A DNA stretch of 63,590 bases, counting the filler, from Parasitella parasitica NRRL 2501 (Eukaryota > Fungi > Mucoromycota): NCBI GenBank assembly GCA_025201805.1. It is 7 parts of 7 records of this genome, joined end to end, with 100 filler letters (N's around TTAATTAATTAA, not from the genome) between each part and the next. Parts side by side here need not be neighbours in the genome. Positions count along the whole stretch, not along the records: positions 1 to 27,524 come from MU619264.1; 6 more parts are not named here. One strand, given 5' to 3'. The notes beneath the pieces are model-generated. The model was not told the DNA's origin, did no database searches, and worked only from the letters and a program-made list of their open reading frames with translations. The position numbers were made by a program, and so were the translations under genes. Shown here in pieces: positions 1 to 12,750 of this stretch; position 1 is the stretch's first letter; every line of letters begins with the position of its first letter.

Positions 1-751
1 ATCTGAGATTTGTTCTTCTTCATCATTAATAGCAATAAGGCGTCTTTTGCGACCATTAAAAGCGAATGACATAGTTGACACATTATTAACAAGCAAAATA
101 ATGGTTGATATGTATTGTTTTTTAATAGAATAAATTGAAAATCTGAAGGTTTATACATGATTTCTAACTTCAGGGCTCTAATAATAACGAGATTTCGTGG
201 CAAGTCAGGATTTAATTTTACTGTCTCAAATGTAGGGAAATATTCAGTTATTTCCTTCTGAATTAGGAAGGTTTTCGACTTTTTTGCATTTTTAATTGAA
301 GGAAATAAAATATTTTTATTTCTAAAAATATTTTTTTAGTTATGATACTGTATATTAGGGTTTTTGATAAAAACTGAGAAGTTTCTGAGAGAAGAGAAAA
401 AGTAATTGACTACAATCACATTTTTAAATTTCCATGTTAGATTAAAATTGCAAAACGATAGAGAACGTTTTATAATGATATGCGATATTGCGATGCTCTA
501 ATTATTTTATTTTTGATCAAATAGCCATTGTGTAGGAGCAATAGGTGCTTTCATTATTTCATTTTTCAATAGAATGAGAATTCTTTCCCAACACTATCGA
601 CATGCACCTCAGAACCTAAAATTGAACTATTACCAATGGGGCCACAATACAAAATTGTTTGAACTTTATAATGTTTAAATGTTGATAGATTATTTCAGAT
701 ATATAGACAAGTCTATAAAACTGCAAAAGTATTTAAACTAAATTACGAAAC

Positions 752-810
752 CATCAAAGCATCAAAGCATCAAAGCATCAAAGCATCAAAGCATCAAAGC
801 ATCAAAGCAT
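752..810. repeat. (CATCAAAG)x7 octanucleotide tandem repeat
   Basis: Seven perfect CATCAAAG units read directly. Confidence 0.95.
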
Positions 811-3099
811 TAAACTATCAAACTGCATATACCTGTAAGGCATTAAGTTGTACGTATCCATCAAATTATGCTTTTAAACAATGGCAGTTTATCCCTGAAT
901 CTAAGTTTTAACTAATCATTTCATTCTGTTTTCTCTTTTATTTATATGTCTTTTCAAAAATCGTAGCATATTCAAGCAAATGGCAATCTCTAATTTTATA
1001 ACTTCGCATTATCATTTTAAGTTACATCTGTTGAGAAAGTCAGCATGTCCAATATCAAAAATGTGTTTGGCATTGCGAACTATCTTCTATTCAGAATTTG
1101 ATACTCTACAGTACTTCGCCTGCAACTTAGAATATACCAGAAGCTTATTATAAAGCTTAAATTTTGTTAGTAAAATTTCCCTCAACCTCAATCCCAACCT
1201 CTATTTTACTTTTCATGTTGCATGTCTAGTATTAGAATCACAAAAAAAGGGACACCTGAACAGACATTAAGCATTATTACAAGCAACAATGATAATGGGG
1301 CTTCTCTGTCACTAGCAATTAGCAACATATAAATTATTCACAAATAACAAGGGGTTATTGAGGCAAAGTATTCAGGAATTATCCTCTTCTGCTCCCAAAT
1401 AGGTGGGCCACACCTGTTTTATCATATTACTACGAAGAAAAGTATACTTGTGGCATCAGAAATACTTACTTTATAGAGCTGTGTCATATACTAGAGTTGA
1501 TATTGACGTGCTATCATCTCCAGATAGATATTTTTTACAGCTTGTATGCAAGAACTTTAGCTTTACATGCCATTTTTTCATTGATTTTCATAATCAAAAG
1601 TGTCTGAAAACACCAGAAATAGTATCCATTGGGAAAAAACTACATTATATATGATTTTGGTGCAATTTGAGCATGATTTTTTTTTCGTTGCAAAATCACG
1701 GATTTTTTCGATTTTTTCCTTGTATCCACACATCCAAAATCATCGATTATGCATTATCCTCGATTTTGACCCCAAAAATGCAACTTTTTACTATAGCATA
1801 TATTAGAGGAAAATGATCGTAAAAGACCATTCCTTGATCTGAAAGAGTGGAAATGCGCTCTGATTAAGCAAAATATCGACTTTTTCCTCTTAATCTGTTT
1901 TGAGGTTTTCTCGAAATAATTTCTTCCATAAGCATACGGGAATTATGAAATAATACCATCGTGTAGAGCGTCCAAAAACACAGCTATTATCATAGACTGA
2001 CAGCCGGGGTATGCATAGTATCAGGGGTTGATATCTTGCCTTAAAGAAGTAATTTTTTTTTCTAATTGTACAAATTGAGTTTCTGAAAGAATTTTTCCTT
2101 CCTGATTTTGAAAGCGTTTAATCTCCGCTTTCAAAGAAAAATGGCGTTTTTTTGAAGAAAATAATAGCTTCGAGAGGCCATAGCTTACTCAATTCAAAAG
2201 AAAAACAATTGAACCTAGTTCATTTAAATTGTGTGCTTCTTGGCTTTCTAATGGTAGTACTTGCATGGCTGTACCTGGCCTGACGATATCACGCTCCGAT
2301 TTTGAAAAATACTTTGCCGAAAAGTGTTAGAAAAGTCGCTACCTACATCTTATGTCAACTTAAAATGTACAAAAATTTGCTCTAAGCTACGCAAATATGT
2401 TATCAAAAGGTGTCTTATAGTCTAATGCATTACTTCGCATTACTTTTTTTTGTGTTTGAGATTGCTAAACATTGTTTTCTTACAGTTTTTGTCTTTTTTG
2501 TGACAATAGCACACTAAAGTTCGCGTAGACCAAACAAAAAAAACAAGCGCCTAAAACCTACGATGGCTTTGCAAAGGCCCACACTTTTGAACCATTCCAA
2601 TATTATGGAAAAGATGGCACAGGTTTGACTAGCTGTTTTACTATACAACTGGATATAGAGAACCTAGTTTGGTACTTATCTGACAAGACCTTCTACACTA
2701 GAAGACGCAAGATCAATCGAAGGTATAAGAAAATGCCAGAGAAAAGGAAACAACCTGCCACAAGGATAACACACACATTCATAAAAAATTATCTGTATGA
2801 AAATTTATGAAATAACAAGGACATAAATTTGTTTATCTTGAACCTTGCTCTCCGTTACTGAATCTAATCAAAGGTTTTTGAACCAAAGTCAATAGACACA
2901 CTTACACCTAGAATCGCAGATATTTGTCAATAGACAACCGCAAACTTTTAAAGACTACCTTGAACTTAAATAAATTAAAGATATGATGTAGATAGATTAT
3001 TTCACAACTCAGGCGCGATCAGGGCTATCTCATATATATATTAATTTAACAAGGAGATGTGTCTATCATAGGCTATGCGCAAAATCAGTGTTTTTTTTT

Positions 3100-3660
3100 G
3101 GATAATTAAGAACAACATGGCTTATTTGTATTTAATTAGCTAATTATTGTGAATGTTTGAGTCATTATTGATAAGTTTAGAGTATGCAGAACCAAAAATG
3201 GGTGGTTTCTTATATTATAGGACATTATTTCAAGATTAATTCTGTTATTATTTATTAAATTTAGGGTTGCAGATTGATGTGTCAATCTCCCAACTGGAAG
3301 TCAGACCCAAATGAACTCAATACTGAACATAACCCAGGAACATATCCCAATGTACTATGTTCCATATTTTCAGGTCAACATGAAATGTTCATGGACAGTA
3401 GATATACAATCTACCGTCCCATTCTCTAAATCATACCAGGTCTCGCAATTACACCTTATCCTCCCACCAGTCCACTTAGATTCACTAGTATACAAACCAT
3501 GTAATGAACGAGATCTTTACCCGATTAATTCACAACCATTTTGCTTAAATAATTTCTCATTCTGATAGATCTCAAACAACATCTAACACCAAATCCGATC
3601 CAGGAACACTTGTCACAACAACGTGGACGTAGTCAAAATAGTGGTAACCTTTTTATTGGC
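3100..3660 (+). mobile_element. Degenerate copy of the LTR family seen at 50492-50967
   Basis: Collinear shared blocks by eye: TTTAATTAGCTAAT..GTGAATG..GATAAGTT, GGTTTCTTATA..GACATT, and ATCCGATCCAGGAAC..AAATAGTGGTAACC. Ends not defined. Confidence 0.5.
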
Positions 3661-4773
3661 TAATTACTGGAGATCGGTCAACTGCCAGGAAGTCTGTTAC
3701 GTTGTTCCAGAGGAAAATAGGGCCATTTGAGAAGAACTTGTAGTAGTAGGGATGTAGATAAGAATATATCAAATGTTGCCATTATAATCGAGTCAACCGA
3801 TCCATATTAAATTCAAGCATTTAACAAATAACATTATACTCCAGAAAAAACTCTTAATTAGCGTTGTGTTTTGTGAGACAGCCTGCTTCAGACGTAAGCA
3901 GTGCAACTTCTTTAACCATTTGTAAACGAAGGTCGAAATTTTTTTTTACCATATATCGGCGGGCGGAGAACACAGCTCGTCTTATATTTAATTCAAAAGA
4001 AGACAATTGACCCGAAAGCCATAGGACATGATAAAGTTACTTTCAGTAGAACTTTATATGAATACAGTAGTTAATAAAGTCTTTTTTTATTCAAATGAAA
4101 ATACATAACAACACTGATCATATGATTAGATTTGTTACACCCTTCTATTATGTAGTAAGACAATGTCTGCGAACTAACTAAAAATACATTTGGATTGCTG
4201 TATTTGCGAAATACCAACGCAGTAAACTTGCAGAGAATTGTCGCTTATTCGGCATTTGAATCGCTTGGCAATCCTTGAGATCTGCATAATTCTTAATTCA
4301 ACAGTAATTGTCTTGTGTATATAAAATCACTGCGTATCTTGGTGAATTTTTTTGTCTCGCTGTAATATATTGTAGTACCTTGTCATCTACGGAGTCGATG
4401 GAAGGTTCACTAGGGTTGCCAAAAAGTATGGTTGCATAATTGACTACAGATTTTCTACATCTGGGAGAATTCAGGCAGCGTAAAACCCTTCTTACCTTGC
4501 TTGGCGACCCGTTTTTGCTAGCAAAAGCTAAAGCGTGTGTTGGTTGTTTCTATAAAAAAAAAGCAATTCAACCAAAGTTAGGTACCTGTACATATCAGAA
4601 AATCAACATAAATTATAGATACGGTAGATGGTTTGTATTGCTTTGGTTTCCAAAACGTCACATTTGTTACACCACGGCGTTTTTGATATTGTACATTATT
4701 TCAGAAACGACATGTAAAACCTTTTGGTTTCTTCTTATTTTTTCTGTTTGTTTTTTCTTTATTTTTATTTCGT

Positions 4774-7745
4774 ATGAAAAAGAGTAGCCAGCAACATAAA
4801 GTTGTTTGGTCTTCTGAAAACGTAGCAAATTGGCTAACATCAAATGGCTGGAGTTCAGTCATTGATGTATTTAACGGTATTTATTCTCGTAAAACGTTGA
4901 AAATACGATACAAATAAGCTAAATCTCTGGTTGAAGATTACAATATTCATCATGATCGATTTTTAAATCTAAGCGAAGAAAATCTAGATGACTTGTTGAA
5001 GAATATGAATGTATCAACAATTGACAAGCAACATTTAATATTTGGCATTGAAAAGTTAAAGGCAGATGATCAAGTAAGCCAGTCGATATCACGACGGGAA
5101 AGCTGAGCTAACGTTTATCTCATCTTTTCAGGCACTACTACAGCAACAAAAACCTCGAATAGCTATTCCTAGGTATCAACGTAATTCAGATTCATCAATA
5201 GCAACAACCAATTCAGCACATTCGACTTCTGTGCCTTTAATAAATACTTCGACATCTACCGCTAATACTACTAATATTCCAACTGCAGCAACACCAACCA
5301 CACCTATAAATTTCGATATAAGTCAATATATACCCAAAAGAACATCTTCTAGCGACACAAATGTATCGAAAATGCTCGAGAATTTCCATCCCACACTCTG
5401 TAAAATTAGTAGCGGTAAACCGAGAAGCCCTCGAGTCAAAGCAGCTGATCCAGATATACTCTTAAAACTATTTGGGAAACGACTGCCTGTACCAACTCTC
5501 AAACCACAAAATAGTCGCATTCAAGTGACACTGGATGCAGACACATTCGTTCGATTATGGATCAGGCAAGATTCGAGCGCAGCAGATATTAAGCGGTCTA
5601 TTTTACACAAATTGAGTATTAGTGCAGATCATATTTATTTTTATTTTTATCATGAAAATGGCAGGCAATCATGTAAGTAATTAATATTAATACACTTACA
5701 AATACACATACACCAAACATCTCATCACCTCCTTGAAGCAAAACCTCTGGTGGACGAAGAACTAGTTTATATTTGTACAACATCCAATGATAATCAAACC
5801 AATCGAATACTGGTTGTTCCTCATTATGGGCTTGATTTGGTTCGACAGCAGCTACATTCAGGGTAAAAATAGCATGCATGCGATAGTAAACAATTATTAA
5901 TAGCAAAATTACCAGTATGCATTACGTTCTATCAAGCTCGCAAAGTCCACTATCTTATGGCGGTGTTCAGCTTGTTGACCTAGAAACACCCAACGAAGAA
6001 GCGCCATTAATTGATCTTGTACCTACCCTACCGTCCAATGCATTTTGGGCGACACCGCCTTCTACGACAACGGCTGCCAGACGTCCCTCTGCTACATCTC
6101 CATCACTATGGCATATACCACCTTCTATCACGGCAAGTAATGCTGGACCTTCAGCATGGCCAGTAGGAGATCAGCGACAAGAAATGTATGACCCATCACC
6201 CTCGTCGTTTGAACGAGGATTCGAGGGTATATCATTATATGATCCACCTACACCTGTTCACGATGAGCCTCAATCTAAGTTCCCTACAACAACATCATCC
6301 GTCTCGCCCGTTGATTCACCTCCTTCGCCTGTTGGATCAGACAAACGACCAGATTCACACCAAAGTGGTGAAAGTTCTTCGACAACCACTTGGACGGCCA
6401 CGACTGCCACTAAGATGGCCACTCCAAGACGACAAAGCAGCTGTGAAGACGATGTGTTTGGCGAAAGACCTACTGTAGAAAGACTGTATCGAGATATAGA
6501 CAAGTATTTACCTGGCCATGATTTGGATCAGGAAATCCTTGTGGATCAACAGCAGCAGCAGCAGCAATCTTCAGCTATTGCACCTGCTGTATCTCGCCGT
6601 CTTCTAGGTCATCGTCAATCAGTCCGTTTTGTCGCAAAAGAGGCTCACCGTCGTTGGAAGCAGGCAGCCAACAATGTCATGGTAGTCAATAATCTGATGA
6701 TGCGCCGTAAGTCCACCAAGATGTGGGATCAACCTATTGAACGAGTTAAACCTGGAGAGGAAGGCAGCATAGAGATATCACCACATAGTTCTTCATTGGA
6801 GGTTATTCCAAACAAGATGGTTTGGATGCGAGGTAATCTGATCGGACGCGGCTCATTTGGTCGTGTCTACCATGCTTACAATATTGCTACTGGAGAGTGG
6901 TTTGCAGTGAAGCAAGTGGACGCTGTAGTTACACAATCAGATAAACGCAACGTAGCTCTTCAAGAGGCTTCAGACGCACTTTATCGCGAGATTTTGCTGT
7001 TAAAGGATTTGGATCACGTCAATATAGTGCAGTACTTGGGCTACAATCTCAACATGGAAGAGGGCCATATATACATCTTTTTGGAATATGTGCCTGGCGG
7101 AAGCATCTCCAGTTTGCTCAGTGAATACAAGTGCTTGGACGAATCATTGACGAAATTCTTTACCAGACAAATTTTACAAGGTTTGCATTATTTGCATAAA
7201 AGACATATCTTGCACCGCGACATCAAAGGTGGCAATGTGTTGATTGACAACGATGGAGTTTGCAAGATTACGGATTTCGGGTTGTCTAAAAACCAACAAC
7301 AGGACAGCAATGGTGCATACGATGGACATTCTAGCCATACGCAAATGAAGGGAACTCTGTATTGGATGGCGCCCGAGGTGCTTACCAACAAATACAGTGC
7401 CAAGGTGGACGTATGGAGTCTGGGTTGCACCGTATTGGAGATGATCACTGGGGAACATCCTTGGATGGAACTGACAACATTGGCAGCATTGTATCAAATT
7501 GGATTGCATAATGCGCCCGCTATACCTGAGAATATCTCGGATGAAGCCAAGGATTTCCTTGGTCAATGCCTGCGAATGTAAGCCTGATTGTATTCATGAG
7601 TACGGTTTTTGTGTCGTTGACTTTTGTTTTTCATAGTAAACCAGAAGATAGGCCTACGGCCACTGAGTTGCTGGCACATCCGTTTGTGCAGATTGATCCT
7701 TCTTTTGACTTTAAAGAATCTCTCAAACAGCAACGATTGAAATAA
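4774..7745 (+). CDS. BCK1: MAP kinase kinase kinase, Bck1/Mkh1-like (N-terminal SAM-like segment, C-terminal STE11-family kinase); multi-exon
   Basis: Exon 1 MKKSSQQHKVVWSSENVANWL (SAM-like). Kinase motifs GRGSFGRV, AVKQV, HRDIKGGN, DFG, GTLYWMAPE. Bck1-type ERPTVERLY..IDKYLPGHDLD motif. Last exon KPEDRPTATELLAHPF ends TAA at 7743-7745. Confidence 0.85.
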
Positions 7746-8141
7746 GCCTTTACACCTAGTATATGATCATGGCGTAGCTGTGAGGTACAGGCGCTAATAC
7801 TTGTAAAACACATTTCTCTGCTTAGATGTCTTGAGACTAAATAAAAACCAACACGTGTACAACATACGCGTGTGACATGTACGGAGCATCAAAGCGATGA
7901 TATATATTTCATCCATAACAAACACGATTGGCCCACTGTTGAAATGCGATATAGCTTTTGTGCTGTTATCTGGAACGTAAAAGATTACTCTTTTTGTTCT
8001 CCCTTTTTTCTTTTTCGTTACTATTTTTTTTTTTTTTTTGTCCTTTGTCTTTTGTCTTTTTTGTCTTTTTTGTCTTTCTTTGTTATATAGACAGATCCGC
8101 ATACACGTAGACAGCAAGACAAACAAAAGAAGCGATAACTG

Positions 8142-9133
8142 ATGGATGTTCTACTAAACAGCAATGCCACCATGGCATCTACAGATCTCAACTGGGTTGA
8201 ATCCAAATGGGAGCAGATGTATGAAGGCCGCAATCCACTACTTGTAACCGGTGTCTTTGCTTTCCTTATGCACGAATTTGTGTATTTCGGCCGCTTCATC
8301 CCATTCTTGATTTGCGATTTTATTCCATACTTTCAGAAATACAAATTGCAGCAGGTAAATACTCATCTAATGCTGCCGGTAAAATGTCATGCTCACTGCT
8401 TCTTAGAGCAAGACAAACTCAAATGAAGACTACTGGAATTGTACGAAGAAAGTACTCTATGCTCACTTTGTATTCGAAGGCCCCCTGATCTTTTTATTCC
8501 ATCCCTTTGCTACCATTTTAGGAATGAAGGTTTCTGCCCCCTTCCCCGCTTGGTAAGTTCAACTGCAAATATTTGCCCAAAAATCACAATCTGATAAGAA
8601 ACCGTAGGCAGAACATGCTGCCACAACTGGCCGTCTTCTTTATCTTTGAAGATTTCTATCATTATCATATGCATCGTTTTATGCATTGGCCTCCATTTTA
8701 CAAGAAGGTCCACAAGGTTCATCATGAATACGCTGCTCCATTCGGTATTGCTGCCGAGTACGCTCATCCTATTGAAACTATGATTTTAGGCTTTGGTACT
8801 ATCGGTGGCCCTCTTATTTACCATGCCTTGTCTTCCTTGGTATTCAAATTGGATGATTCATGGGGCCTTCATTTAGTCACCATGTTGCTGTGGATTGTTT
8901 TGAGACTTTTCCAAGCTATTGACGCTCACTCAGGCTATGATTTCCCTTGGTCTCTTTGCAACTGGGTTCCTTTCTGGGCTGGCGCCGATCACCATGATTA
9001 TCACCATCAAGCTTTCATTGGAAACTACGCTTCAAGCTTCCGATGGTGGGATTATCTCTTTGGCACAGACGTTAAATATCGAGCTTATCGAAAACGCCAA
9101 GCTGAAGAACGCCGTAAACTAAAGATGAACTAA
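8142..9133 (+). CDS. ERG25: C-4 methylsterol oxidase (2 introns)
   Basis: His boxes HYHMHRFMH, HKVHHEY, HHDYHH; DAHSGYDFPWSL; GNYASSFRWWD. Confidence 0.93.
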
Positions 9134-9366
9134 AAGAAGCCCCCCCCCCCCCCCCCAAAAAAAATTATTTAAACTACTTAATATTTTATACATACAACAG
9201 ATTTTTTTTTTTACTATGCATTATTCTTCTTCATATCGCTTTTACTACTGCTTCCCCTTCTCTTAACCAAACGAAACAATTACAACAATTCTTTTAAAGT
9301 TAAAACCAGTGTTACATAAATTATCGGTGAATAACGCCGCGTATATTGTAACATTATTAACTGAAA

Positions 9367-9630
9367 AATGGTACTGTTGCCGAAACGAAGACAGAGGATG
9401 TGGTGGGATCCCGCCGCAAAAAATTATGGAAGTTCTTATCGTTTAAATAAGTTTTATTAGCTAATTTCCCTCCCTTATGCCACCAATCCATCAAAAGAGT
9501 TGGGTGCTTAGCTTTAGGTATAAAGAGGAGATAGTATTACGAAAAATTTATTAATTATATATGGAAAATAAAGCGTGGCTTGAAGGCCTATAACCACATC
9601 CTCTGTCTTCGTTTCGGCAACAGTACCATT
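9367..9630. mobile_element. 264-bp MITE-like element with perfect 38-bp inverted repeats
   Basis: 9367-9404 AATGGTACTGTTGCCGAAACGAAGACAGAGGATGTGGT is the exact reverse complement of 9593-9630. No clear TSD. Confidence 0.75.
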
Positions 9631-10668
9631 ATATAATAAGATGAATCGATGATTGAATGTCTTAATTAATGTCTGCTAAAATATTCTTTTATTATAAATG
9701 AACTAATACTAACAAGAATACATTTAGCCGAGCATCCTTCATCGTTTATTGCAAGACATTATATGTGATAACAGCTTAAACCAGAGCCTGTATACAACAA
9801 TAGCCTTAATCATAGCCTATTTGAGAACTTATTTCATAATTTATTTCATAACCTATTTCATAGCCTATTTCATTACAAAATTAATTTTTTTTGTAGACAT
9901 TTAAATGTCTACAGCGATAATATAAAATGAGGTCTGTAACTTTTTTCAGCAAGATCAAAAGGGTAAAAATATATTTAATAAACAAAAGAAAATAAATAAT
10001 ATGTTGAAACTTGCTGAGCTAACTATGATGAAGCTGCAAATGGCATGGCCTTTTTCTATTCTTTGATTCATTTTTTTTTTTTTTGTTTGTATGGAGACCT
10101 TGGTCTCGATTTTATGCTATTTTTTGATTCAAAAAAAAAAAACTGTTGCAGCTTAGGTACTGCTTTAGTTTGTAAATTTTGCTGGCCAATGCATTCTTCT
10201 GTCCTGTTGGCACGTAAACAAACCTTATCGAAGACTTGCAAGATTTTTAAAACATTTGAAATCTCAGTGACCAGTTGGGGCAATTTTTGCAAACTGCCTG
10301 GAACCTTGATTTCAGCAAGTTGAAGGAGCACATGTGCGTCAGTAGCAGGCAGGGACAATAGATAAAACTTGATATCTCGGCCAATTGTTTGAATGCCCAG
10401 GCTGCCTCCCAACTGAGTATTTACAGAATTTTTGCAGAACTCAGCAATTTTGTACAAATCTTTGCATATAGGTAGTGATTTTGACCTTTTTTTTTTAATT
10501 TGAATTTGCCGACCTCTGAATAGGCAACAAGCCTCTCTGACACATATAGCATACATGTTATTGATTCCTCATCAGCTCTTGAAACATAATGTTAAAAGTC
10601 CCTCAATCGCACTTGCAAATCCACTCGAAAATCAATGTTCTATACATTAAAATGTTTATTGCTTGGCT

Positions 10669-11827
10669 CTATACAAGAGTACCAGTTGTGTCTAGGCTGA
10701 ACTGAGCATTTATCTTTCCTTTACGATGATGATTGTATTTGGCAGCTTTCTTTCGCAGCCTCTCTTTTTTAGCAATCTTTTCCTCCAAAATTTTTTTAGC
10801 TTTCTTGGTATTAGGTTCATGTTCGTCGTCTTCATCCTCTGACCATTCTATATTGCGCGTCTGTATCATACGCTGACTAATTGTTTTCCAGCTAAATCGC
10901 ATAATGCTAGGAAAACCAAAGAAGTCGTCTTCGTTTTGGTCCATCCATTTGACAGTGTTGGGATCAGAGGGATATCCTGATCCGAAGTTTTTCGGTAGCG
11001 CAAGACCAGTTTCTGTCCATTGCCAGTTTTGCACAAATTGATCTCGGGTCACCTTTGCACAAATGGATGCTGCGCTGACAATAGGATATAAGGAATCGGC
11101 TTTGGGTTCAACTGTGATTGCAATACCAGGGAAATGGGATTGAAGCTTTGATTTGTACCAAGTTGATGGGCCAACAGGGTCAACGTAAATCTGAAGACAG
11201 TGGTGAGTATGTTGATTTCGAGACATTTGAGCTACACACTTACTTCCTCTAAATTGACATTGCTGTCGATGACTTGTCTAATCAATTTGATTGTGGCATC
11301 ATGAGCCATTTCATTCAGATTAAATACAGGTCTAGGTTTGGTCTTTAAGTAAATGTGTTCATCTCTCTCACTGTTTCTTGCACACTTTTATTTACCTTTT
11401 ATGCATGTTGGTCGATATATCTTGTGGCGAGATAACATAAACAGCCCATCCTACCCAATCTTTGCTTGCTTCAATGGTTTGTGCCAGCTGCATTCGTTTT
11501 TCTTCTGTCAGCTTTTTTGAGTCTAATGAAATAAGATTTGAATACAATCATTATAGTGCTTCTTTTCATCTTTTTACCATCAAATCCCAACTTTTTGAAT
11601 TCTTGGTGTCGAGATAGAGGACAATAGCTTACAGCATAAATCATCGGACCCAGGCAAGGACCTCTCCCTGCTTCATCCACACCCAACACACAAGGCTCAT
11701 TCACTTTGTCCAGTCTGTTTTCTATCAGTGCTGGAGGAATGCTGCTAAAGTAAGTGTACGATTTTGTTAATGGTAAAATCACGGATGGTAACAGAAGCGG
11801 TGCAGTTGCTTCTTGCATTGGGTCCAT
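10669..11827 (-). CDS. RNH201: Ribonuclease H2 catalytic subunit A; multi-exon
   Basis: [52 protein letters not shown]. Confidence 0.93.
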
Positions 11828-12040
11828 GATTGATTCGGTAAAGGGGGTGAGCGAGACAAAGGATTTTGCGCATGTTCATCCACGCGAGGATCCGAAATGT
11901 GGAGTCCTACTTTTCTCCTATAGTCACATCCAAGACATGGAAACTGAGGTTTAACCAACGGTTAAGTACAATACTTCAATCTTCCTTGATTAAACAGCCT
12001 TCCTCCCCGCATATCTCTTATTATTGATAAGCAAAAGAAG

Positions 12041-12715
12041 ATGCCTAGACCAACGAGCGCATTATTCTCGAGAATATCTTTAGCAAAATCTTTCAGTCCA
12101 GCCTTATCTAGACCCACAGCGTTACAGCTATGTCCATCGATATTGACAAGGGTGCCTGTGCGTTCGGTACATGCTGCTCCCAAAGAATACAACGGCTTGC
12201 AGTCTGCAGCGCATCATTTCAAAAGACAGCGTCATATGCCTTACTTTCTAGAATACCTCATGTGGGTTGTATTTGGCTCAGAAGCACTGCATCTCATTTG
12301 GCTCAAGATGGATTACAAAGAGTATAAAGAAAAGACAGCGCACAAGACTAAATTACTGCAAGAACTCATCAAGCGCATTGAAAATGGAGAGCAGATTGAC
12401 GACAGCTTACGAGAAGAAATCAAGATGGTATTGATGAGCAATAAAAATCTTAACGATATCGTCAGTGGAGGTGGTGATGATGACATTGATGATGAATATC
12501 TCAATAATTGTGAGTGTTTGTCAATATAAATGTATGCGCCTTTTGTTGACACATTTTTGATAGTAATTGCTTCAACTGAAAATCAACAGGTGACAGAAAA
12601 GAATATGCGACAAAAACCAGCAGTTGATTCCACATGGATCAAAGAAGAGGGCATTTCAGTGGATGCAGACGACATTGAAAAGACAAACACACAAAAGAAG
12701 CCCTTCTTCTTGTAG
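12041..12715 (+). CDS. Hypothetical protein, probably mitochondrial membrane protein (1 intron)
   Basis: Arg/Ser-rich presequence-like N-terminus, hydrophobic YLMWVVFGSEALHLIWL, coiled coil; GTGAGT donor near 12510. Confidence 0.6.
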
Positions 12716-12750
12716 AATTATAAATAAATTTGTATGATAGATGTTTTTAT

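Noticed and set aside
1-4700. Short ORFs in the first 4.7 kb and in 41.6-44.4 kb
   Set aside because: AT-rich with no motifs or consistent splice structure; probably intergenic DNA or decayed TE.
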